From Entomortierella parvispora E1425 (lineage: Eukaryota; Fungi; Mortierellomycota), in assembly GCA_020891255.1 (NCBI GenBank), contig BQFW01000006.1, positions 248,001-312,000 on the forward strand: a stretch of 64,000 bases of DNA. The letters are read 5' to 3'. The notes below the pieces were generated by a model, which was given only the letters and a program-made list of their open reading frames with translations, was not told the DNA's origin and did not search any database. Position numbers and translations under genes: made by a program. This document shows positions 23,554 to 37,400 of the stretch, one piece after another (within the stretch, counting starts at the first letter, position 1; each line of letters starts with the position of its first letter).

Positions 23554-24461
23554 CTACTGGCGCTCCTTCTCTGATCCGTTTCCCTTGTCTCCTGCAGACT
23601 TGTTGTCGTCGTAGTTGCTCGACTTTCTGGCCTTGTAAGGGCGGTTGTTCCTGCCGCCACCGTCACGGCTATTTGTTGACTCCTTTGACTTCTCGTGGGT
23701 AGATTTCTTGTCTGAGTCCTCGGGTTGCTTCTTCTTGAACCCGGGTTTCTTATGCAAGGGTCTCTTGCTTTCCTTGACGCTTGGCTTGGTGTAAGTCTTG
23801 CTGACGAGGTCCACAGTCGTTCTACGTTTGGCGAGGTCTTCCAGAGTGAGGATAGCATTCTCCTGGGGCTCTGAAGTTGGGAGTTCCAGATGGCGGAGAT
23901 AGATGTCCTTCCGCATGAGGCTGATCTTGGAGGCGTCGTTAGATACCAAGATGCGGGCAGTGTTGACAAATGAAATGACGTGCTTGGCGAGCTCGTCTGC
24001 GTCCATTCATATGTGAGAATTTCGTCGACGAGTGTGTCGAACAATCTCGTGGAGTTGGCCATGTGTCCCTGAATCTTGGCCAGGTCCTGCTCATGTTTGC
24101 GAGCCAACTCTGGGAGGGTGACGCCCTGATGTTCCAAGACTGGTGGTGCTTTGTAGACCATACCATCGGTGTAGTGATAGTCGTTCCAGTCAAAGAGGTT
24201 ATGTCCTGCAGGGAGGACAGTGTTGAAGAAGTGTTTTTGTGTGATTGCTGGGTACTGATTCTGAAGTTCCGGGTATTGTAAGAGAGTGGTTGCTCGGTCA
24301 CTCTTGTAGACCACTTGTCCAGGACGAATGTCGCTCTCAGTGGCTTGGTCCTGTAGCTCCTTGAGGAGTCGATCTTGGTCAGATAGTTTCTGGGTAAGAG
24401 ATAGGACCGCAGCTGCCAAGGTGGCAATGTCGGGGGAAGATTGGGTGGTGGCATCGGACAT
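23554..24461 (-). CDS. DIRS Gag-like ORF1, split by a 1-nt frameshift near 24006
   Basis: MSDATT...EILTYE continues in another frame as MDADELAKHV...basic tail. One added base would restore YEMDADEL. Confidence 0.7.
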
Positions 24462-24895
24462 TAGATCAGGATCAGTCGAGTTTCGGGGGATGATTAATGT
24501 CCGGCCGCGTGAAAAAGAAAGATGGAGATCTGAGAGATGCATCGAGAGATCCCTTTATTGCAGAGCAATTTTTTCTTTGGAGTCACGTGAGATCAATAAA
24601 GAAAGATACACACAGATAGAGTCCCTTGGAGGGGGAAGAATAATGGCTCTGAGCGTGGGCCCTTTTTTCTTGATCGTTGTCGACTTTCACTCTCTGATCC
24701 CCTTTCTCGTCCAGCAGAGTACAAAAGGCTGGCCCCCTTTGCTCCATCCTCTGCTGTCCCCACTTGTCGACAACCAGGACTACCATCCCCTCCATTGTAC
24801 AGTACCGTTACCACAACCCCATGGCTGAAGAGGCTCTGTAGCTTGGAACAAATGACTCATGTGCACCTCTTGTTTATGCTTGAAATAGATTCACC

Positions 24896-27800
24896 ATGTC
24901 CTTTTCTGCACAGGACGCTTTGAAGCAAGCAAGGGCCAACATCGAAGCCGCTCGAACAGCGCGAGATCTCAGGAAAACAGTCATCAAGCACTATCGGGCG
25001 GCCAAGAGCACCCTGGATAAAGTCGACGACACAGAGACGGATACAGCAACGTTGAGGGAGATGATTTCCGCTTTCCAAGATCTCGACGTGATGCTGGATC
25101 ACTTGGGCGATCAGGACAGGGCTAAAAAATGCAAACAAAGAGCAAATGCTCTGAGGTAAGCCACCCATTTTGTTGTTTTCATATCATCGCACTGAACGGG
25201 TGGTTGGTGCATGCAGGGACTCTAACAGAACAACGATGACTACTCTAGACAAAAGATAGACGAAAGAACGAGGGCTTCTCGACAATTGACTCCTTCCCCA
25301 CCTTTGGCGGATATCTCGGACTCGGTGGCCAGTACGTCTCTGCCATTCTTTCGCAAGAATGTGGATCCAGTACCTTATATCTGCCCGCTGCCTAGCCCAG
25401 ACGAACCGTTACAAACGACCCGCCAACTCGCCTACTGCCTTGCATTGTTACAACCTTCAGTTCAGGAGGGCGATCTCCCTTCGGATGCGCTTGAGTGGCG
25501 ACACAGCGCTCTCAACAGCCCAGATACGAAGGGGCACCTGGAGACCCTGTCTGTTCAAATTATTCAGTCATTCGCCAAGGATACCATGAAGGATTCGGCC
25601 GTCATCCAAGAAGTGGTCCAGTTGGCGCCAGTGCTCGACAGCAATCATTCTCGATTCCTTCTCAAGTCATTGATCGACACTATCAACCAGTCCGAGATCC
25701 TACATTTGCATTCTGTGGAGGGGTTGGCCAATGTCATTCAAGGAGCAGCTCCAGGATCCATCGACTCGAGCGACCTTGTGGTGATTCTCCGGTGCCTGCA
25801 TAAGCGACTCGGAATCGCCCATTCAACACATCATCAACATCACCTTTTGATTGCAGTTTCACGGGTGCTGGACGCGATGGTGGATGCCCACATTGGAGAA
25901 GTCGACAGCATTAATCTTCATGAGCCATTGACGGATCTTCTTCGGGAATCAGAATCCAGTCAGGATCCATATTTGATCTTCCAAGATGCCTATGCCACAC
26001 AGGCGCTCTTGAACGTGTCGGACGATGAAAACATTTGGCGCACAGGACTGCGGCAAGGGTGGCTGGTGTTGAAAGCCGGCGCGGGGTTCGCCAGGATGCC
26101 AGATCCAAGAAAGATTAAGGACGTGCTGCAGGGTCTCGAGATACTTTATGAGGCTCGCGAAGGAGGCGCCAGGATCATCAGGGAAGCCTTGGAGGCGATC
26201 AAAAATGGTGAAACGCCTACTTTCACGGTCAAGGAGGGTATTAAGTTCAAGAGAGCTTGGTACCGTGCTGTTCGTACAGCAGAATCGTATCTGGACGCTG
26301 GAAAACTTGTCGAGTTCAAGGATCTGGTTGTTACTGCGCCATGTCGACATCAGCTCATGTTCCAGTGGGGAATCTGTCAACTGCTTGGGCAGTTTGCAGT
26401 GGACACTCAATGGGACTCAAAGACGCGGCAGGATGCGCTTGATTTCCTTGGAGCTCTCTATACGGACAGCACAATTTGGAATCGGCAGAAGGAGGCTGAT
26501 CAAGTCATTTTTGACATGGTGACCAATGTGGTACCCCACAATGCAGGTATGTTGATACTATCTCTGATGTCTCCAAGTGTAGCCGGTCTGCGAGTCTAGC
26601 TACTAATTTCCTTTATTTATCTCTATTTCGTACAGCTGCCAAGGCGATATTAGAGGATATGACACTACAGAGCCCGACGCTCAAACCGATTGCCCATCTA
26701 CAGTCACCACCTTGGAAGAACACTCAGTCTGGAGATACCGCCGAGGGTACTAGGCCAAATATTACACTGCTGAAAGCGGCTCAGGATAAGGATACTCGGC
26801 GTAAAAAGCAGGAAATTATGCCAGATCTCCCTGTCCAACCTGGTATTGACGACATTTGCTCCGCACTCAGGACATACCATGCGCCAGACCTCGTTATCCT
26901 CAGGGTTTCAGGGCAGCAACTCGATCTGGAGACGTGTTTTGTCAATCTCGCCATTGTGGAAGCGTCGACACATCGAGAAAAGGAAAAAGAGGATCTCAAG
27001 GAGCAGGCTGCTGCCTTTCTTCGGATCGCGAGTTCTGAAGAGGATAAAGAACAGCCGGATGTCTTTGATCGGTTCCCGAGCTTTGAAAACGTGATGCATG
27101 CAGATACCCAGTCGTTGATTCCGCTAGAGGAGCTTTTCAACGCGCGTACACTCCGTGATGGAAAGGAGGGCATCCCTAAACGCATCTTGGTTCAAGGACG
27201 AGCGGGAATCGGCAAAACAACTCTTTGCAAGAAGCTGGTCCATGCACATCAGAATGGACTATGGAAGGATATGTTCGATACCGTGGTGTGGATCCCATTG
27301 CGCCATCTCAGGGGATTCAAGAGCAGCACTCTGGAATCTCTATTTCGCGAGAAGGTCTTTATCGCGCAGAACCTTGACCAACGACAGGCAGCCTTGGCCA
27401 AAGCACTTGCAATCCGCGCTGAACAAGACAAAGTCCTCTTCATCTTGGACGGTCTGGACGAAATTCTAACTGATGTGGAGGGCGATGAAAGCAGGACATT
27501 CAGAACGTTCTTAAGGACCTTGCTTTCACAACAACACGTCGTCATCACCTCAAGACCCTCCGGTGTGGACAACGAATTATTGCCATCCATTGATCTGGAA
27601 CTCGAAACTATCGGATTCAGCCAGAAAAACGTCAAAGACTTTTTGACCAAGGTCCTCGAACCAGAAGCAGCAAGGACAGTTCGAAACTTTATTCAACAGA
27701 CGCCATTGATTCGAGGACTCGTCAACATTCCAGTGCAACTTGATGTGATCTGCTTCAGCTGGGACTCACTTCCCAGAGGCGGCACGGCGATCACCATGAC

Positions 27801-30800
27801 GGAACTGTACCAGCTGATGGTACGGAAACTATGGAGCAAGGATGCACTGCAGCTGAAAAAAACCGCAGGAGGAAAGATGCTGACAGAGCGGCAACTCGGC
27901 AAATCGAAACCCAAGGAGATAGCGACACTGATGGCTACCGAGCTCCAACACCTTGGGTATCTCGCGTTCAAAGGTTTGACCAACAATCACCAGATCGAGT
28001 TTAACGAAGACGACCTGCTCTGTGCCTTTGAGGACCTCCAAGACGAAACAGCAGAAACAAGCTGTCGTTTGCCTTCGCAACTCGTGGATGACATGAAGCG
28101 GACGTCGTTTTTGCATACAGCCGATGCGGATCTGGACTCTGGAAACGGTGATTCTCAGCAGGCCTGGCATTTTCTTCATCTGACATTTCAAGAGTATTTC
28201 GCGGCCACATGGATAGCCCGCCATTTCCACTTCAAGCAACCGACTTACGGAATGATGACTACAGAGCAATTGGTGTTTTTCCTACACCAACACAAGTACA
28301 ACCCTCAATATGAGATTGTATGGTCGATGGTGGCAGGACTGTTGGAGAGCAAGCCATTGCACGACTTTTTTGAGATTCTGCAGGGGGAGCCGCGTGATTT
28401 GATCGGAGGTCGCCATCAACAAATACTCGCGTCTTGCCTGAATGAAGCCCGAGCTCGACTTGACCCAGTTGTCGTGGCGGACTTGGATATGGAACTTGGT
28501 GACGGGCTGCGCTTTGAGATGAAAGCCGATCGATATAACAGCCTTCGTAAAAGCAGGCTGGGTAGTCATATTTCTTTCCCAGACTCTTGCCTGGTGGAGA
28601 CATTGAGCACAGTGGACTCTTGGAAGGTTGCCCTCATACAGACTTTAAAGGATCGCTCAGCGCTCTCGGCTTTGGCGATGCAGTTCCTCATGACTACACT
28701 CAAGGATGAAGACCGTTTCATCAGAGCGATCACAGCGGATGCATTGGGAAAGGAGTATATGCTGTCGGAATCAGCCATCCTGCCCCTCATCGCTGCACTC
28801 AAGGAGGACGATTGGAGCATCCGATCTTCTGCGGCCTCGGCGCTGGGCAGGCAGTCTGAATTGTCAGAGTCAGCGATCGATTCCCTTGTTGCAGCCCTCA
28901 AGGACGAAAATGCAGTTGTCAGGTCTTCAGCAGCATCCGCATTGGGCAAACAGCCACTGTTACCAGAACCAACCCTTCTATCCATCGTTGATGCAATGAA
29001 GGATGATGGAGGGAGAGCAAGAAATTCAGCAGCATCGGTGTTGAACAGCCAATCTACCTTGCCAGGATCAGTCATCAAGTCCCTCATTGCGACGCTGAAG
29101 GATAAGGACGAGGCTGTGCGGTGTTCTGCAGTATGGGCTTTGGGGAGTCAGCCAACGTTACCAGAATCGGCGATCCAATCCCTCATTGTTGCACTCATGG
29201 ACGAAAACAAGGATGTTAGGTCGTCTGCAGCATCAGCATTGGGTAAGCAGGCTCTGCTACCGGAAAGTGCCATCGAGCCTCTCATCGCAGCACTCATGGA
29301 CGATAATGGAAAGGTCAGGTCTTCGGCCGCATCAGCACTGGAACATCAGTCCATGTTGCCCGATTCGGCCATCCAGTCCCTTATTGTGTCGCTCGAAGAT
29401 GAGGCTATTGATGTCAGGTCTTCAGCAGCGCTGGCATTAGGTAAACAGGCCATGTTACCGGGAGTAGCGATCCAGTCCCTCGTTGTTGCGCTAGTGGATG
29501 GCAGGGCGAGGTTGAGGTCTTCAGCAGCATCAGTATTGGGCAACCAGTCTGCTTTGCCTGAGTCAGTCATCCAATCCCTCACTGCTGCATTCAATGATGA
29601 AGATAAGGGTGTTGTTTATTCAGCCGTAACAGCACTGAGCAAGCAGTCTTTGCCGGAATCAGCCATTCAGCTTCTCATTGCTGCGCTCAAGGACGATAAT
29701 TGGAGAGTTAGGACTTCAGCAGGATCGGTATTAGGCAAGCAGCCCAACTTGCCAGACTTGGCAGTTCAGTCCCTTGTCGACGCCCTCAAGGATAAGGATG
29801 ATGATGTTCGATCATCGGCAGCATTGGCGTTGGGCGGGCAGTCAGTGCTACCTGAATCTGCCATATCCGCGCTCATTGACGCGCTCAAGGATGGAGATGA
29901 AAGAGTGGGGTCCTCTGCTGCGTCGGCGCTGAGTAACCAGTCCGAATTGCCAGAATCCGCCATCTATCCCCTCATTGTTACACTCAGTGACTGCAATTGG
30001 GGGGCCAGGAGGTCAGCAGTATCAGTCCTAGGCAAGCAGTCCAATCTGCCTGAATCGGCCTTCCAAGCCCTCATTGCTACTCTCAAGGACGAAATGAAGG
30101 ACGTCAGATTGTGTGCAGAATCTGTTTTGGTCAAGCAGTCGACATGGACGGCGGCGACTACCCAGTCCCTCGTCACAGTGCTCCAGGACAAAAATGCAGC
30201 TGCTAGGTCTTTAGCGGCCTCGATACTAGGCAAGCAATCTAAATTGTCGGAATCAGCCATCCAGTCCCTTATCGTCGCACTTAGGGATGAAGATAAAAGT
30301 GTAAGGTACTCAGCTGCATCGACAATAGCTGGGCAAACTTCGTTGATGGAGTCAGTCATCCAACCTCTGATTGCCGTACTTGAGGATAGCGATTGGAATG
30401 TCCGGTCTCCAATAACAGTGTTGGCATTGGACCACCAGTGCAGGATGCTAGAATTGTCCATCCAGTCCCTCAAAGCCTCGCCCAAGGGTGTGGATGAAAA
30501 TGATCAGTCATCAGCGGCATCCGCATTGGAGAGACAGTCTACTTTGCTTGGAGCGGCCATCCAGTCCTTCACTGATGTACTCAAGGATGGCAACAAGAAT
30601 GTCAGGGCTTCAGCGGCAGTGGCCTTGGGTAAGCAGTCCACGTTACCGGAATCCGCCGTCCAAGTCCTCATTGCTTCACTCGCGGATAACGAAGGGAAGG
30701 TCAGGTCCTCAGCCGCGGTGGCACTGGGAAATCAGTCCACGGTGTCCAGATCCGCCATCCAATCCCTCATTGCCGCTCTCAAGATCAAGGTGGCAGCGCG

Positions 30801-31065
30801 TCATGCTTCCGAGGCGCTTCAGCATCAAACCCAGTGGCTTTGCCTCTCGCTTCCTGATCTGACGAAAGAAGAGTTGGTCTGTGTGTATGAGAACCATCTC
30901 TTTCCGAGTAGTTGCGGTGGCGTTTTGTCGTTGCAGGTGCGAGACGACCGATTGTGGTTCTACACTGAGCAAGGTGTGTTGAACTTGAAGCTTGCTAGTA
31001 AAGGCAGAGGGGACCCCATAGCATCGGTCTTCAGGGCTATTCAGCGCAAGGCTGGGTTGCTCTGA
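24896..31065 (+). CDS. NLR-like protein 1: ARM-like N-terminus, NACHT, ~22 HEAT repeats (3 exons, ~1995 aa)
   Basis: Exons 24896-25155, 25249-26546, 26636-31065. Walker A GRAGIGKTT, Walker B LFILDGLDE, 33-aa repeats LKDEDxxVRSSAASALG. Confidence 0.9.
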
Positions 31066-31491
31066 TCGAGTATAATACCTGCTATTGTAGACTATTTAGC
31101 ACTATTCTTCAGTTTTAGAATAAACCATCCAAAAAAAAAAAGAGCAATTTTTCCGCGCCATGCAACGCAACGGGAAATGATTTTTGTGCAACCCGAGGGG
31201 CAGCACGGGAACATGGCAAAGCAGATCACAGCCCTATTCTGACTTGACACTCTTTTCCGTTTTGTTGCTTCCTTTTGTTGCTTCCCTTTGTTGTTTCCCC
31301 CCATCGTTGCTTCCCGTCCTTTGTCCACCCTTCCTGTCCTCATCCTCCCTTCGCTGGCTTGAACCTCGTTGTCTTCGGTTGTGCTGGAGGTGAAAGTGTG
31401 AGTATCCACCAGCCTCCTATTGCTACCATGTTCTCAAGATGGAAAAATATATCTCACGCATTCCTTGCTTCTACTGTCGTAGCAGGTCAAC

Positions 31492-34400
31492 ATGCTGCCT
31501 TCCGCACAAGATGCTCTGGCGAGGGCGAGATCCGAAATTGCAGCTGCTCAAGAGGCCCAGATTTCCCAACGGTCCGTTCTTTCGCATTATCGGGCTGCCA
31601 AGAAGGCGCTTGAGAAAGCGGATACCAAAACGGATACTGCATCCTTGAGGGGAGTCATTGCTGCGTTCCACGATCTTGCCGTCATACTCGATCACTCGGG
31701 AGATCAAGAACGGGCCAACAGGTGCAAACAGAGAGCAGAGACTCTGAGGTAGGCTTCATTTCTATACCGGATTATGTGCTGAGTGAGGGATTCCATCTAA
31801 CAATCTTGCTGTACTAGGCAAACACTGGACAAGAGAGTGAGGGTCTCTGCAGCCACCATCTTTCCGTCTTTGATCGGACCTGGCTTCTCTCCGGAAATCG
31901 CTCAAGCAGGAGCGGCCTATTGGGGCACTTCAGCGTCGTCAAGCAGCATCGCCTCCACTGCAGCTGCACTCAGCTTTTCCGCCGTAACATCTGTCGTCAC
32001 TTCTCCACCTTCTCGAGAGCCGACTCCCCCTTCCCCTCCGACTGATACACCGACATCCGAACCAGTGGCAGGCATCTCTCCACAGCTCTTCAGCAAGAAT
32101 TTAGAACCTGTCCCTTATATCTGTCCACTGCCTGGTCCGGCCGAGCCATTACAAACCGCTCGCCAACTCGCCTATTGCCTTGCATTGTTACAGCCATCGG
32201 TTCAGAAGGACGACCTTTCTCAAGAAGCTCTCGAATGGCGACGCAAAACTTTAAACAACCAGGGTGAGAAGGAGCGCTTGGAGGGCATGCGAGATCAAAT
32301 TATCAAGGAGTTTGCCGCCGATGGCATGAAGAGTGCCGCTTCAGTCACGGAGGTCGTGTGTCTCGCGCCTGTGCTCGATAAAGACCATTCTCGATTCCTT
32401 TTCACAACCTTTGTAGACACTATCAACCACTCCGAAATTTTGCACTTGCATTCATTGGAGGGGCTGACAAAGGTGATTCAAGGAGCTGCGCCTGGATCCT
32501 TCGACTCGGACGATCTTGTGAGAGTTCTTGAATCCCTTCACCAAAAGCTTCGGTCCACTCACTCACAAAGCAATCGGCATCGATATCACCTGCTGCTCGC
32601 GGTTTCACGGGTTTTGGATGCGATGGCAGATGCCCATATCGAAGATGTCCACATTAACCTCCACGGACCATTGACGGAACTTCTTCGAGATTCAGAGTCA
32701 GAGTCAGACGACAATCCTTATCTCGCTTACCAGGCTGCGTATGCTACACAGGCAATGTTGAACGTGTCTGATAATGAGAATATATGGCGTGCAGGACTCA
32801 AACGAGGATGGCTAGTATTGAAAGGTGGTGCAGGATTCGCAAAGATGCCTAATCCGACGGAGGTAAAAGACTATCTTGAGGGTCTGGAGACACTCTACGA
32901 AGTCGGCAAAGGAGGCACTAGACTGCTCAAGGATGCTCTGCATGCGATCAGGAGCCACGAAAAACCCACATTCACAGTGAAGGAAGGTCTCAAGTTCAGG
33001 AGAGCCTGGTACCACGCCGTTCGGACAGCAGAATCGTATATTCAGGCTGGAAATCTTGTTCAGTTCAAAGATCTGGTCACAGCAGTGCCATGTCGACACC
33101 AACTCATGTTCAAGTGGGGAATTTGTCAGTTGCTTGGACAATTTGCCACTGACACCCAGTGGGATCAAGAGTCACGGAAGGATGCCATTGTCTTCCTCAC
33201 ATCAATTTACAAAGACGACGACGCAGCCCACAATGGGCAAAAGAAGCTTGGCCAAGTTGTCTTTGACGTGCTCACTGATTGGACTTTCAAAAATATCACG
33301 CAGGGTGAAGGTGTGTCAAACTCTGTGTTCAAGTCCTTCATTGATGCTACCGATAATGGCCTCAAAAATCTGATGCATTTTTTTTTCCACTCTTCATTCG
33401 TAAGACGTCAAGTCCTTGCTGGAGGAAATACGGGATCGAAACGCGACGCTAAAGCCAACAGCAGATCTGTCATGGATGAATAACCAATCTGAGGACCCAG
33501 CCCCAAAAGTAACATTGCTAAAGACCGTTCAGGATCGAAGTGATCGACATGCAAAGATCAGGAATATACCCGACAGTCCTGCACAGCTCAGTTTCGATGA
33601 CGTTCGCGCCGTACTCAAGATCTACCACGCACCAGACCTCTTCATTTTAAGAGTTTCAGGAAAGAAGCTGGATATGGAGACATGCTTTGTCAATTTAGCC
33701 ATTGTTGAAGCTCCGGAACATCGCCAGCAGGAAAAGAAAGATCTCAAAGAACAGGCAGAGATCTTTCATCGAATTCCAAGCTTTGAAAGAGTAAGGAACG
33801 CCGATATTCAGTCGCTGATCCCGCTGGAAGAGCTGTTTAACAAGCGCAAGCTTCACGATGAACAGGAAAGGGTTCCAAAAACAATCCTGGTGCAAGGCCG
33901 AGCGGGCATCGGCAAAACAACACTTTGCAAGAAGCTGGTCTACGCACATCAGAACGGACTATGGAGAGACTTGTTCGAGATCGTGTTGTGGATCCCATTG
34001 CGCCAACTCAGGGGGTCCAAAAGCCGTACATTGGAATCCCTCTTTCGCGAGAAAGTATTTGTGGCTCAGGACCTTGACCAAAGACAAGAGGTGCTGGCAA
34101 AAGCTCTTGCGGTCTGCGCTGAAAAGGGCAAGGTTCTCTTCATCCTGGACGGCCTGGATGAGATTACAACCGATGCGGAAGGCGATGAGGGCAAGACCTT
34201 CAGAACATTTTTGAAGAGGCTACTCTCGCAACATCACGTCGTCGTCACATCAAGGCCCTCCGGCGTGGACAGCAACTTATTACCACCTATTGATCTGGAG
34301 CTTGAAACCATTGGATTTAGTCCAAAAAACGTCAAGAATTTTCTGGCCAAGGCGCTAGAGCCACAGGCCGTGAGGAGAGTTGAAGACTTTATTCAGCGCA

Positions 34401-37400
34401 CACCACTGATCCAAGGACTCGTCAACATCCCGGTGCAGCTCGACGTGATCTGCTTCAGCTGGGATTCTCTTCCAACCGATGGCACGCCTGTCACCATGAC
34501 TGGACTGTATCAATTGATGGTTTGGAAACTATGGTGTAAGGATGCACTTCGTCTGAAAAAGGTTGCTGGAGTTATGACAGAACGACAGATCGGCCGGTCT
34601 AAAGTTAAGGAAATCAACGAACTGATGGCTACCGAACTTCAACATCTTGGGTATCTCGCGTTCCAAGGACTGGGCAACAACCACCAAATCGAATTCGACG
34701 AAGACGACCTTCTTAGCGCGTTTGGTGATCTTGAGTACTTTACAGCAGACAACCGACGACTGCTATCGCCTCAAGTCACTGAAATCCTAAAGCAGACATC
34801 ATTTTTGCATACGGCCGATGTGAGCTTGGATTCCAAAGATGTGGATTCTCCGCAGGCATGGCATTTCTTGCATCTGACTTTTCAGGAGTATTTTGCAGCA
34901 ACATGGATAGTGCGCCACTTTCAACTCAAACAGTCACGCTCAAATGCCGGAATGATGAGCAGAGAAGACATGGAAGAGTTTGTTCATCAACATAAATACA
35001 ACCCTCAGTATGAGATTGTATGGTCGATGGTAGCAGGCTTGCTAGAAGGCAAGCCATTGTGCGACTTTTTTGGGCTTTTACAAGGAGCACCGCGAGATTT
35101 GATTGGAGGCCGCCATCAGCAGGTCCTAGCGTCTTGCCTCAACGAGGCTCGAAATCAATTGGATCCTGCAGTGGCGGCAGTTCTAGACGCAGAACTTAAA
35201 AACTGGCTTCGCTTTGAGATGCAGACCAGCCGCCATGATGGCTATACCAAAAGCTTGTTAGGTAGTCGATTGCCCTTCCCAGACTCTTTTCTAGTCGAGA
35301 CGGTAGGCCCAGTGGACTCATGGAAATACACCCTCGCTCGAACCTTGAATGGTCGCTTGGTAGTTTCGGATCTAGCGATCCAATTCTTATTGAACGCCCT
35401 CAAGGATGCAGATATATTTGTCAGAGCTACAGTGGCGGACGCTTTAAGCAAACAACATTCACTACCGGAAGCAACTATCCAATCCATCGCCACTGCTCTC
35501 AAGGATAGTGATTGGAGCATCAGATCGTCAGCGGCGTCGATACTGGGCAGACAGTACGCTTTGACGGAATCGGCCATAGATTCCATCGTTGCGGCTCTGA
35601 AGGACGAAAATTCCGTAGTCAGATCCTCAGCAGCATCAACATTAGGCAAACAGTCTACGTTACCCGAATCAGCTCTCCGAGCCATCATCGATGCACTAAG
35701 AGACGACAATGGAAGTGTCAGACACTCAGCGGCGTCGATATTGAACAACCAGTCAACGCTGCCGGAATCAGCCATCCAGTCACTCATTGCTATATTGAAA
35801 AATGAGGCAGAAAGCGTTAGATCTTCTGCAGCATGGGTGTTGGGTAGCCAGCCCAAGTTATCGGTGACAGCGATCCAGTCCCTCGTTGCTGCACTTATGG
35901 ATGAGGCTATTGATGTCAGGTGTTCAGCAGCATCAGCATTGGGAAAGCAGACTACATTGTCGTGTGATGCCATTGACTCACTCATTGCTGCACTCATGGA
36001 CAACGATTGGAGATCCCGATCTTCAGCAGCGTCGGCATTGGGCAAGCAGTCCACTTTGCCCGAATCAGCGATCCAGTCCCTCATTACCACGCTCCACGAT
36101 GAGGTTAAAGATGTCAGGTCTTCTGCAGCATCGGCATTAAACGGGCAGTCTACCTTGCCAACATCCGCTATCCACTCCCTCCTCGCTATACTTAAGGAAG
36201 ACGACGCGAAATCAAGGTCCTTGGCAGCAATGGTATTGGGCAGCCAGTTAACATTGGGCGAATCAGCCATCCAGTCTCTCATTACCGCACTCAAGGACGA
36301 TGATACAGGCGTAATGTCTGAAGTGTCATGTGCATTGGGCAACCAGTCGATTCTGTCAGGGTCAGCAGTGCAGGCCCTGATTGCTACACTCACAGATGGC
36401 AACTGGAGAGTCAGATCATCTGCATTATTGGTGTTGAGCAAGCAATCCAAGTTGCCAGAATCGACCATTCAATCCCTGATCGACTATCTCAAGGATGACG
36501 ATGGAGATGTCCGGTCTCACGTAGTAGCGGCGGTAGGCAATCAGTACAAGTTACCAGAATCAGCCATACAAGCACTCATTGCTGCAGTCCAAGATGATAA
36601 TGCATCAGTCAAGTATTCTGCAATAGAGGCGTTAGACAATCAGTCTGCGTTTCTAGAATCCTCCTCTCAGCCCCTCATTGCTTCACTCAGCGATGAAGCT
36701 GAAGGTGCCAAGCCCTCGGCACTAGCGTTGAACAATCGGCATACATTGCGGGAGGAAGCTATCCGGGCCCTCACTGCTGCACTCAAGGATAAAGCAGAAA
36801 GTGTCAGGTCTTTAGCAGCGATAGCACTGTCTGGGCTATCTACGTTGCCAGAGTCAACCATAAGCACTCTCGTTACAGCACTCGAGGACGATGCAGAGAG
36901 AGTCCGGTCTTCAGTAATGTTGGCATTGTCCAAGCAGCCGGCGCTTTCCGAATCAGCCATCCTCTCCCTCATTGAAAAAATCAAGGATCAACATCCTGAT
37001 ATCGTCTCTTTGGCGGTATCGGCGTTGAGCAAGCAGTCTCCGATGTCGGAATCAGCCATCCAATCTCTCATGAATCTACTCGACCACAGCAATTCAGATA
37101 TCAGATCTTCAGCAAAAGCAGTGCTATGCCACCAGTCCACTCTGCCCGAATCACTGGTCCTGTCTCTCACTGATGCGCTCAAGGATAAGGCTGAAACTGT
37201 CAGGTCATCAGCGGCAATGGTATTGAGTGTGCAGTCCAAGTTGCCGGAATCATCCATTCTTTCTCTCATTGTTGCACTCAAGGACAACCATACTTCCAAG
37301 ACTTCAGCTATGGCAGCTTTGAACAATCAGTCTACGTTTCCAGAATCGGTCATCCAAGCCCTCATTGCTGCCCTCGAGAACAAAAGTTGGAAATTGCGGT

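Larger units (their letters stand above)
20398..24645 (-). mobile_element. DIRS-type tyrosine-recombinase retrotransposon, structurally full length
   Basis: 94-bp inverted terminal repeats (20466-20559 / 24520-24613). Internal complementary region 20595-20698 matches both termini (20398-20467 and 24611-24645). Gag, RT-RH-MT and YR ORFs present. Confidence 0.95.

Noticed and set aside
35242-36468. 408-aa antisense ORF and similar ORFs opposite the HEAT arrays
   Set aside because: Shadow of repetitive sense-strand codons.
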